Source: Octopus sinensis (lineage: Eukaryota). From it: 64,000 nt of DNA. Location: contig NC_042997.1 in assembly GCF_006345805.1 (NCBI RefSeq), positions 193,502,001 through 193,566,000 on the forward strand. Direction: 5' to 3'. Shown here piece after piece: positions 53,598-64,000 of this stretch. Position 1 is the first letter of the stretch. Every line of letters begins with the position of its first letter. The notes beneath the pieces are model-generated. The model ran no database searches and was not told the DNA's origin. It saw nothing but the letters and a program-made list of their open reading frames with translations. Both the position numbers and the translations under genes were made by a program.

Positions 53598-54382
53598 ATT
53601 GGTGAATTGAAGAAATGGAGCTGAACGCAGATTGAACAGAAATCGTTTTATTTCATTCTACACGTGTTCGAAAGGCACAAATTACCAAAATCCGATTGAA
53701 TAATGGGACCATATTGTGTCTTTCTCTTCAGGAAGAAAAAAGGAAATCCGTTGGAAAAACAAAAACAGAACAGAGCAGAGCAAAAACAAATCGAACTGTG
53801 CTCCTAAGAGCCCATGGCGAAACTGTTTATCAGTGTATGTTGAGAACGGTGGCTGAAGAATTCAACAGGTCAGGCATCGGTCAAACATGTGGGTGAGGGT
53901 GTATAGATGTTCTTTGTGACCGAGAATAAAGTTCTGACTATTTAAAGAATATTGGATGTTTTATAAGGGGCGAGAAAAAATCTACTTAGAGACGTGTGTG
54001 TGTGTATACTGTTCTATATATGTGTGTGTTGGCGTAGGGGTAGAAAACATTTTTTGTGTACGTGTGTGCGTTTGATCGTTCGGCTGTCAGTGGCTACTGC
54101 CGTGATAACCGTTGGGTGGCAGAAAGAAAAAAAATAAAGAAATTATATATATATATTTTATGTTTTATGTGTGTGTGTGTGTGTTCATCTAAGCCTACCT
54201 TGACAAGGAAACCCCCCGCTGTGAAAAAACAAGCCCCGTTTGTCTTACAGGAGTAATTTCCCTTGCAGTGGTTAATTGTAGATATCTTAAAATCTATTTC
54301 AGAATTTGTTACCAAGGGCTATGGGTGCCGGTCTTATTTATAAACGCTATTTAAAGGCCAGATAAGTGTAACGCCGCCAATG
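53590..54382 (-). repeat. Inverted pseudo-LTR, including the last 36 nt of the ORF
   Basis: Reverse complement of ~57503-58289. Switches to plus orientation on a TG microhomology at 54381-54382. Confidence 0.9.
53651..53740 (-). ncRNA. pLTR hammerhead, inverted copy (GAA instead of GAAA)
   Basis: Same sequence as the 58141 copy but reads CTTTCGAACACGTG, one A short. Confidence 0.65.
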
Positions 54383-54510
54383 TTGAATTCTTCAGCCACC
54401 GGTTCTCAACATACACTGATAAACAGTTTCGCCATGGGCTCTTAGGAGCACAGTTCGATTTGTTTTTGCTCTGCCTCTGTTCTGTTTTTGTTTTTCCAAC
54501 GGATTTCCTT

Positions 54511-54600
54511 TTTTCTTCCTGAAGAGAAAGACACAATATGGTCCCATTATTCAATCGGATTTTGGTAATTTGTGCCTTTCGAAACACGTGTAGAATGAAA
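54511..54600 (+). ncRNA. Type I hammerhead ribozyme in the pLTR, copy 1
   Basis: CTGAAGA at 54519-54525, GAAA at 54581-54584, CACGTG stem III, predicted cleavage after 54592. Confidence 0.85.
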
Positions 54601-54858
54601 TAAAACGATTTCTGTTCAATCTGCGTTCAGCTCCATTTCTTCAATTCACCAATAATGTTTTAATTTCAATTATCCGCACCAACGCACGGTTGCAACGCCA
54701 GATGGTTGTACCTCCAACCGTGCTGTTCACTGCTGTGATTTTTGCTACTAAGGTATCGGTTAAACTTTTGATTAATCTACTACAAGATTATTCATCTTTC
54801 TATTTCACATAATACATACCGCTTCGTCAAGAAACTGCTACTTTAACCGACGCCAATA

Positions 54859-57538
54859 ATGGAGTTGTTCGAGATTGATGCGTCCCTTAAGGATATTCCT
54901 ATACCACCAAAGGATGCCTTCCTTAAGGAGTTGGTTTGTAAAACCAACGCATTCATAAACCGGATAAGATGGCTCATTTTCTTCCACGAGAACGAAGATC
55001 TAAAATCGAACCGGACAACTGCATCGTCCGAATACGGCCGGCTTTTTAAAACATTGGATACGCCGCCACCGAACCCAAGACTGAAGAAGTTTGAGGACGA
55101 CTTGTGGGACATAGTTAGAAAGATTAAGTTCAGGAAGTCACCCAGGAGAAATGCCCACCTCAGATACCTAGATAAAATTACCAGGACATTAATAGAACGG
55201 ACGGAGTCCTGGTCCAGTCCGACAAGACCAGGAACACATACAAGATGCCCATTAAGCAGTACCTAGATTTACTCGGTAAAGAGATCAAGAAAAATTATAG
55301 AAAAACAATTGGAGTACCCTGAGGAAGGTAAACTTGGAAATTAAGGATATAATATTTAAACACCGAATTCAAATGAGAACTCAGCCGCTTAGCCCCAAGC
55401 AACCCAGATTTATAGTGAAGGACCATAACCTAACTTCCACACCAACCCAGCGCTAAGACTCATATGCCCTGCTAGATCTGATATCGGGATAATCAGTAAG
55501 TACATTTTAGATAAATATATCCCTAGTTTAGTAAACAAGCTGAAGCTCAGCCTCTGGGCCAACTCCTCGCAGGTAGTGAAGTGGTTCTCTTCCATCCCCA
55601 ATAAGAACCGTACTAGGTTCATTCAGTTTGATATCGCCAGCTTCTACCCCTCGATTAACCCTAGTGTGCTAAATAAGGCCCTCTGGCATGCTCACAACAA
55701 GGCAGGCCTCACCAGAGAAGAGATAGATATCATTTTAGTTGCCAGGAAATCGTTTATTAAGTTTGATAATAAGCTGTGGATCCGTAAGGATACTCCAATG
55801 AATTTGATGTGCCTATGGGTAGTTCGGATAGTGCGCAGATAGCCGATTTGGTCGGATATATATTCTCTACGAATTGTCCGATCAATTCCCGGAGATCGTG
55901 GGCGGCCTGTATCGTGACGATTGTCTGTTTTACCTGCAAAACACCACGAACAGAATAGTGCAGAAAACTAAGAGCAGGTTAGCTAGGTTTTTTAATAGAA
56001 TGGGCATGAGTATAGTTTTGATAACGAACTCACCAAGGCTAATTTCCTAGACGTTACACTTAACCTTAATAGCGACTCATACTGCCCTTACCATAAGCCT
56101 TCCACTAATTTGAAGTATGTCAGTGTCTTCTCAAATCATGCCAAAACCGTAACAGACAATTTGGTTAAAAACATCTCTCTAAGATTGTCTGGCCTGTCCG
56201 CCAGTGCCGATATTTTTATGCAGAAAGCGGATTTTTATAACGCCGCACTATCCAAGGCCGGTTATAGGCAGAAGGTAATTTATATTGATCCGGCCTTCCG
56301 ATGCCATCATTCGGTCATCAGGATAGGGCCGTATATAATAACATTAACATTTTAAGTAAGGACGGGAGCGCGGCGGATACCGGGGTAGTCGCTCCCGCAT
56401 TTAATTTAGCGAACAAGGATAATTATCGGTCCGGGAGGTCTTACACTAACCCAAGACCCGTTATTCATCCGAGAATCACCCACCCAAATGCGAGAGCTGG
56501 CGTCCCGACCCATCACACTGATAGGAATAAGCATATATGGTTTGTAATCCCCTTGGTAAGCAGATTAGAACTAACCTCCCCCTCATGTTTAGACAAGCCA
56601 TCGACAATAACTTCCCCAGAAATTCCAAATATTACTCCACGGTTAACTCACATAAAGTTAGGATAGCTTTCTCCAACACTAAAAACCTCGCCCAGATAAT
56701 CGCCTCCCATAATAATAGGCTACTTACTAAGACCCTATCACCTTTTTCCGGAGGCACAGCCTCTTCCGCTCCCGGTTTAATGCTCAGTAGGAATAATTAT
56801 AGTAGTAATAATGATATGAGAGCCAGTACAGTGACACATAATCTCAGCTCCAGCCAGGGAGTACCCACTAGGGGTATAGTTATAAATAGGGGTGTTGTGG
56901 TTGATGGTAACAATGGGAGTAGGGTAGAGAGCCCCTTTAGCATCCCCAGCATCATTTCCCGCAATAGCAGTACCACGGGCAGTAGCAATGACAGCACTCT
57001 GATAGATAGTGGAGAATCAGGGGTTATTCCTATAGTTAATAGTGACGTAGTGGAAAATAGAGTAGTAAGCGGCTGCAGGTCTCGGAACGAATATAGTGAC
57101 AGGAACGCAGTTCTAATTTCAGAAACCAATCCTAGCAGAGTAAGATTCACGTCGGCGAACTCCAAGATCAAAAACGCCGTCTACCAATGCAAGGTTTACA
57201 CGGACTCAGATGCCTTCACTTATATAGGGGCATCATCCTCAAGATTGTCTTTGCGTGTCTCCAACCATTACGCAACTTTTCGGGACGTGAACAAGCGCCA
57301 GACCACGGGACTCAGTAAGCTAATATGGCGACTGAAGGATGCGAACTTAAGCTATAGGCTGGAATGGTCAATTTTGTCGGTGGCCCTCCCATTTGATAGG
57401 GGCAGAAGACAGTGCAACCTTTGTGTCTCCGAACTCTTCCATATTTTGTTTGCCAGAGGCCGGATGGTAAACGGGCTCTTACAGTCGGCTTTTCGATGCC
57501 CCCATTGGCGGCGTTACACTTATCTGGCCTTTAAATAG
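54859..57538 (+). CDS. PLE RT + GIY-YIG endonuclease ORF, copy 1 (8 single-base deletions relative to the consensus as assembled)
   Basis: Motifs QFDIASFYPSI, DVPMGS, GLYRDD, NFLDVTL, AVYQCKV...TYIG, RVSNH, CNLCVSE and CPH. 2680 nt + 8 = 2688 nt. Confidence 0.85.
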
Positions 57539-58487
57539 CGTTTATAAATAAGACCGGCACCCATAGCCCTTGGTAACAAATCTGAAATAGATTTTAAGAT
57601 ATCTACAATTAACCACTGCAAGGGAAATTACTCCTGTAAGACAAACGGGGCTTGTTTTTTCACAGCGGGGGGTTTCTTGTCAAGGTAGGCTTAGATGAAC
57701 ACACACACACACATAAAACATAAAATATATATATATAATTCTTTATTTTTTTCTTTCTGCCACCCAACGGTTATCACGGCAGTAGCCACTGACAGCCGAA
57801 CGATCAAACGCACACACGTACACAAAAAATGTTTTCTACCCCTACGCCAACACACACATATATAGAACAGTATACACACACACACGTCTCTAAGTAGATT
57901 TTTTCTCGCCCCTTATAAAACATCCAATATTCTTAAATAGTCAGAACTTTATTCTCGGTCACAAAGAACATCTATACACCCTCACCCACATGTTTGACCG
58001 ATGCCTGACCTGTTGAATTCTTCAGCCACCGGTTCTCAACATACACTGATAAACAGTTTCGCCATGGGCTCTTAGGAGCACAGTTCGATTTGTTTTTGCT
58101 CTGCCTCTGTTCTGTTTTTGTTTTTCCAACGGATTTCCTTTTTTCTTCCTGAAGAGAAAGACACAATATGGTCCCATTATTCAATCGGATTTTGGTAATT
58201 TGTGCCTTTCGAAACACGTGTAGAATGAAATAAAACGATTCTGTTCAATCTGCGTTCAGCTCCATTTCTTCAATTCACCAATAATGTTTTAATTTCAATT
58301 ATCCGCACCAACGCACGGTTGCAACGCCAGATGGTTGTACCTCCAACCGTGCTGTTCACTGCTGTGATTTTTGCTACTAAGGTATCGGTTAAACTTTTGA
58401 TTAATCTACTACAAGATTATTCATCTTTCTATTTCACATAATACATACCGCTTCGTCAAGAAACTGCTACTTTAACCGACGCCAATA
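57539..58487 (+). repeat. Central pseudo-LTR / spacer between the tandem ORFs
   Basis: Near-identical to 61171-62079 and to the inverted copy. Confidence 0.9.
58141..58230 (+). ncRNA. Type I hammerhead ribozyme in the pLTR, copy 2
   Basis: TTTTCTTC-CTGAAGA(58149-55)-GAAAGACACAA...TTGTGCCTTTC-GAAA(58211-14)-CACGTG-TA^GAATGAAA. Predicted cleavage after 58222. Confidence 0.85.
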
Positions 58488-61170
58488 ATGGAGTTGTTCG
58501 AGATTGATGCGTCCCTTAAGGATATTCCTATACCACCAAAGGATGCCTTCCTTAAGGAGTTGGTTTGTAAAACCAACGCATTCATAAACCGGATAAGATG
58601 GCTCATTTTCTTCCACGAGAACGAAGATCTAAAATCGAACCGGACAACTGCATCGTCCGAATACGGCCGGCTTTTTAAAACATTGGATACGCCGCCACCG
58701 AACCCAAGACTGAAGAAGTTTGAGGACGACTTGTGGGACATAGTTAGAAAGATTAAGTTCAGGAAGTCACCCAGGAGAAATGCCCACCTCAGATACCTAG
58801 ATAAAATTACCAAGGACATAATAGAACGGACGGAGTCCTGGTCCAGTCCGACAAGACCAGGAACACATACAAGATGCCCATTAAGCAGTACCTAGATTTA
58901 CTCGGTAAAGAGATCAAGAAAAATTATAGAAAAACCAATTGGAGTACCCTGAGGAAGGTAAACTTGGAAATTAAGGATATAATATTTAAACACCGAATTC
59001 AAATGAGAACTCAGCCGCTTAGCCCCAAGCAACCCAGATTTATAGTGAAGGACCATAAACCTAACTTCCACACCAACCCAGCGCTAAGACTCATATGCCC
59101 TGCTAGATCTGATATCGGGATAATCAGTAAGTACATTTTAGATAAATATATCCCTAGTTTAGTAAACAAGCTGAAGCTCAGCCTCTGGGCCAACTCCTCG
59201 CAGGTAGTGAAGTGGTTCTCTTCCATCCCCAATAAGAACCGTACTAGGTTCATTCAGTTTGATATCGCCAGCTTCTACCCCTCGATTAACCCTAGTGTGC
59301 TAAATAAGGCCCTCTGGCATGCTCACAACAAGGCAGGCCTCACCAGAGAAGAGATAGATATCATTTTAGTTGCCAGGAAATCGTTTATTAAGTTTGATAA
59401 TAAGCTGTGGATCCGTAAGGATACTCCCAATGAATTTGATGTGCCTATGGGTAGTTCGGATAGTGCGCAGATAGCCGATTTGGTCGGAATATATATTCTC
59501 TACGAATTGTCCGATCAATTCCCGGAGATCGTGGGCGGCCTGTATCGTGACGATTGTCTGTTTTACCTGCAAAACACCACGAACAGAATAGTGCAGAAAA
59601 CTAAGAGCAGGTTAGCTAGGTTTTTTAATAGAATGGGCATGAGTATAGTTTTGATAACGAACTCACCAAGGCTAATTTCCTAGACGTTACACTTAACCTT
59701 AATAGCGACTCATACTGCCCTTACCATAAGCCTTCCACTAATTTGAAGTATGTCAGTGTCTTCTCAAATCATGCCAAAACCGTAACAGACAATTTGGTTA
59801 AAAACATCTCTCTAAGATTGTCTGGCCTGTCCGCCAGTGCCGATATTTTTATGCAGAAAGCGGATTTTTATAACGCCGCACTATCCAAGGCCGGTTATAG
59901 GCAGAAGGTAATTTATATTGATCCGGCCCTTCCGATGCCATCATTCGGTCATCAGGATAGGGCCGTATATAATAACATTAACATTTTAAGTAAGGACGGG
60001 AGCGCGGCGGATACCGGGGTAGTCGCTCCCGCATTTAATTTAGCGAACAAGGATAATTATCGGTCCGGGAGGTCTTACACTAACCCAAGACCCGTTATTC
60101 ATCCGAGAATCACCCACCCAAATGCGAGAGCTGGCGTCCCGACCCATCACACTGATAGGAATAAGCATATATGGTTTGTAATCCCCTTTGGTAAGCAGAT
60201 TAGAACTAACCTCCCCCTCATGTTTAGACAAGCCATCGACAATAACTTCCCCAGAAATTCCAAATATTACTCCACGGTTAACTCACATAAAGTTAGGATA
60301 GCTTTCTCCAACACTAAAAACCTCGCCCAGATAATCGCCTCCCATAATAATAGGCTACTTACTAAGACCCTATCACCTTTTTCCGGAGGCACAGCCTCTT
60401 CCGCTCCCGGTTTAATGCTCAGTAGGAATAATTATAGTAGTAATAATGATATGAGAGCCAGTACAGTGACACATAATCTCAGCTCAGCCAGGGAGTACCC
60501 ACTAGGGGTATAGTTATAAATAGGGGTGTTGTGGTTGATGGTAACAATGGAGTAGGGTAGAGAGCCCCTTTAGCATCCCCAGCATCATTTCCCGCAATAG
60601 CAGTACCACGGGCAGTAGCAATGACAGCACTCTGATAGATAGTGGAGAATCAGGGGTTATTCCTATAGTTAATAGTGACGTAGTGGAAAATAGAGTAGTA
60701 AGCGGCTGCAGGTCTCGGAACGAATATAGTGACAGGAACGCAGTTCTAATTTCAGAAACCAATCCTAGCAGAGTAAGATTCACGTCGGCGAACTCCAAGA
60801 TCAGAAACGCCGTCTACCAATGCAAGGTTTACACGGACTCAGATGCCTTCACTTTATAGGGGCATCATCCTCAAGATTGTCTTTGCGTGTCTCCAACCAT
60901 TACGCAACTTTTCGGGACGTGAACAAGCGCCAGACCACGGGACTCAGTAAGCTAATATGGCGACTGAAGGATGCGAACTTAAGCTATAGGCTGGAATGGT
61001 CAATTTTGTCGGTGGCCCTCCCATTTGATAGGGGCAGAAGACAGTGCAACCTTTGTGTCTCCGAACTCTTCCATATTTTGTTTGCCAGAGGCCGGATGGT
61101 AAACGGGCTCTTACAGTCGGCTTTTCGATGCCCCCATTGGCGGCGTTACACTTATCTGGCCTTTAAATAG
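58488..61170 (+). CDS. PLE RT + GIY-YIG endonuclease ORF, copy 2 (5 single-base deletions relative to the consensus as assembled)
   Basis: Same motifs as copy 1. 2683 nt + 5 = 2688 nt (895 aa). Confidence 0.85.
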
Positions 61171-62076
61171 CGTTTATAAATAAGACCGGCACCCATAGCC
61201 CTTGGTAACAAATTCTGAAATAGATTTTAAGATATCTACAATTAACCACTGCAAGGGAAATTACTCCTGTAAGACAAACGGGGCTTGTTTTTTCACAGCG
61301 GGGGGTTTCCTTGTCAAGGTAGGCTTAGATGAACACACACACACACACATAAAACATAAAATATATATATAATTTCTTTTTTTTTTCTTTCTGCCACCCA
61401 ACGGTTATCACGGCAGTAGCCACTGACAGCCGAACGATCAAACGCACACACGTACACAAAAAATGTTTTCTACCCCTACGCCAACACACACATATATAGA
61501 ACAGTATACACACACACACGTCTCTAAGTAGATTTTTTCTCGCCCCTTATAAAACATCCAATATTCTTTAAATAGTCAGAACTTTATTCTCGGTCACAAA
61601 GAACATCTATACACCCTCACCCACATGTTTGACCGATGCCTGACCTGTTGAATTCTTCAGCCACCGGTTCTCAACATACACTGATAAACAGTTTCGCCAT
61701 GGGCTCTTAGGAGCACAGTTCGATTTGTTTTTGCTCTGCCTCTGTTCTGTTTTTGTTTTTCCAACGGATTTCCTTTTTTCTTCCTGAAGAGAAAGACACA
61801 ATATGGTCCCATTATTCAATCGGATTTTGGTAATTTGTGCCTTTCGAAACACGTGTAGAATGAAATAAAACGATTTCTGTTCAATCTGCGTTCAGCTCCA
61901 TTTCTTCAATTCACCAATAATGTTTTAATTTCAATTATCCGCACCAACGCACGGTTGCAACGCCAGATGGTTGTACCTCCAACCGTGCTGTTCACTGCTG
62001 TGATTTTTGCTACTAAGGTATCGGTTAAACTTTTGATTAATCTACTACAAGATTATTCATCTTTCTATTTCACATA

Positions 62077-62079
<3 letters not shown>
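61171..62079 (+). repeat. 3' pseudo-LTR, ending in (TA)n
   Basis: Matches the central pLTR up to CACATAATA, then runs into TATATA. Confidence 0.9.
61776..61865 (+). ncRNA. Type I hammerhead ribozyme in the pLTR, copy 3
   Basis: CTGAAGA at 61784-61790, GAAA at 61846-61849, predicted cleavage after 61857. Confidence 0.85.
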
Positions 62080-62114
<35 letters not shown>

Positions 62115-62619
62115 GTATATATATATGTATGTATGTATATATACTCATTTAGTTTGTCTATTGAATAGAATGCATTGACAGGATGATGGTGAATCATCTT
62201 ATATGTGTCATGTTATTTTCTTCACCTTTTCTTTCTTCATCGACAGTGTACAACGATAAATCTCTGATGGGAACTCATAAATATACAGGAATTGTGATCT
62301 TCAGGGGCCTTATATACAGTATGTTTATGACTTCCTTATTTCTGTTTGAAATAGGATTCTGTTCATTGAAGTGATTCTCTGCAATGTACGAAGTCCCATG
62401 GATACGGGAGCAATTATTTACGTAATTGGTATTTCCGTGTGTACAGCGGTATGGCAGTGGCGGTGGTTTAGTAGGAGGAGTAGTAATAGTAGTGACAATG
62501 AACGTGGTAATAGTTATAGGAAAAATCATTGTGGTTCCAACTGTGTGACTTTGATGGTGGTACATTAGTAGATTTGCTGTAGATGACAGCTGTAGTGGTT
62601 AGACGTCAGATAAAATGTT

Positions 62620-62990
62620 TAGAGGCATCTTCTGGCTTTAAGCTAAGTGTTCAAATGCCGCCGAAGTCGACTTTGCTTTTCATTCTTTCGAGGTCGATAA
62701 ATTAAGTACCAGTGAGACACTGGGGTCGATGTAATCGACCAGTCCCCTTCCCCAAAATTTCAGGCCCTGTGACTTTAGAAGAAAGGCTCATTTTAACAAG
62801 CCAGACTAAATGCTTAGCGGCATTTCGTCCGTCTTTATGTTCCGAGTTCAAATTCCGCTGAGGTCGACTTTGCCTTTCATCCTTTCGGGTTGGATAAATT
62901 AAGTACCAGTTGCGTACAGGGGTCGATGTAAACGACTTAACCCCTCCCCACAAATTTCAGGCCTTGTGCCTATAGTAGAAAGGATTATTA
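62620..62990 (+). mobile_element. Two SINE family B copies
   Basis: The family B core GAGGTCGACTTTGCCTTTCATCCTTTCGG occurs twice. Confidence 0.75.
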
Positions 62991-63097
62991 TTTACGTTGT
63001 TTTTGCTTTGTTTTGTACGAGCTGTTTCGAGTCTCGCCCAGAGAACGCCAGACATAAGAAGTTGGACGCTTTACTATGGGTGTTATTTATGAATGAG

Positions 63098-63480
63098 GTG
63101 GTGCAATGGCCCAGTGGTTAGGGTAGCGGACTCGCGGTCATAGGATCGCAGTTTCGATTCCCAGACCGGGCGTTGTGAGTGTTTATTGAGCGAAAACACC
63201 TAAAGCTCCACGAGGCTCCGGCAGAGATGGTGGTGATCCCTGCTGTACTCTTTCACCACAACTTTCTCTCACTCTTACTTCCTGTTTCTGTTGTAGCTGT
63301 ATTTCAAAGGGCCGGCCTTGTCACTCTCTGTGTCACGCTGAATATCCCCGAGAACTACGTTAAGGGTACACGTGTCTGTGGAGTGCTCAGCCACTTACAC
63401 GTTAATTTCACGAGCAGGCTGTTCCGTTGATTCGGATCAACCGGAACCCTCGTCGTCGTAACCGACGGAGTGCTTCCACA
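63098..63480 (+). mobile_element. SINE family C, full length
   Basis: Reverse complement of 33575-33965. Confidence 0.9.
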
Positions 63481-64000
63481 TTTATGAATAAGAATGATAT
63501 ATTGCAAGGGAAGGAGACCAGGATCTGGGAACTAAGATTAGTAAATTTGTAAAATTTCAGTTTTGAAATAATTTTAAGAGAATCGGGTATTTTCAAGTTG
63601 ATAATATTTTTCTTCTACGTTTTGTAGTCCTGAGACTTTTGGATTTCCTGGCATTTGGTCACAGTGTTTAGGGTACAGGTGTTGCTCTTAGATGCCACAT
63701 TTTTGAGACCTCTATTTCAAGATCCTTGTATTTACTTAACTTTTAAAATGTTTTTCAAAAATGTTGCAATGTGCTGGGATTGAAATATCTGTGGAAAGGA
63801 ATGTTTTGTCAACATGTTTTTTTTTACCACAATATCTGATCTCAATACCATGGTCAGCTTCAATACTTAGTTCACAAAGAACGGTGATATCTTTATTTTC
63901 TACTACTTTGGTAGGCTTATGTTCCCACCATTTCTAATATTATTAGGGTGGCATGCGGGCAGAATGCTTAGTTGCATTTCATCTGTTTTTACATCCTGAG

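Larger units (their letters stand above)
53590..62079 (+). mobile_element. Penelope-like element (C-terminal EN+): inverted pLTR plus two tandem units, inserted in (TA)n
   Basis: Inverted pLTR 53590-54382(-), partial pLTR, ORF, pLTR, ORF, pLTR. Period ~3630 bp. (TA)n on both sides. RT plus GIY-YIG. Confidence 0.95.

Noticed and set aside
56797-57171. Antisense ORFs over the PLE insert and pLTR (also 57972-58217, 61607-61852)
   Set aside because: Shadow frames of low-complexity or repeated sequence with no motifs.
58382-58460. Possible intron in the pLTR (AAG|GTATCG ... TCAAG)
   Set aside because: PLEs can retain introns, but the donor and acceptor are weak and no spliced copy is available to compare.
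54859-61170. Selenoprotein-type PLE (as in some Naiads)
   Set aside because: No in-frame TGA in the reconstructed ORF, and the endonuclease is C-terminal.
62275-62565. Thr/Pro-rich 96-aa ORF
   Set aside because: Arises from GTG/GTA-rich low-complexity DNA, with no coding support.

Overview
AT-rich, microsatellite-dense eukaryotic DNA. The SINE families look like octopus (coleoid cephalopod) repeats; this is recalled, not searched. I found no convincing host protein-coding gene, tRNA, rRNA or CRISPR array. The window is mostly mobile DNA: at least four tRNA-like SINE families, Helitron, mariner, RTE, R4/Dong and Penelope remnants, two MITE-like foldbacks, a 201-bp SINE-derived satellite, and a tandem pair of gag-like zinc-knuckle ORFs with no pol. 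The main feature (53590-62079) is a very young Penelope-like retroelement (PLE) insertion in a (TA)n tract: an inverted pseudo-LTR followed by two head-to-tail ~3.63-kb units. Each unit encodes RT plus a C-terminal GIY-YIG endonuclease. Their frameshifts are mostly complementary single-base deletions, and both reconstruct to the same 2688-nt (895-aa) ORF. Each pLTR folds into a type I hammerhead ribozyme (HHR) with a palindromic CACGTG stem III. At least four other, unrelated HHR-like families occur elsewhere in the window, including a ~349-bp tandem/inverted retrozyme-like element. Together these suggest an autonomous PLE with ribozyme-bearing non-autonomous partners. All folds and alignments were done by eye.
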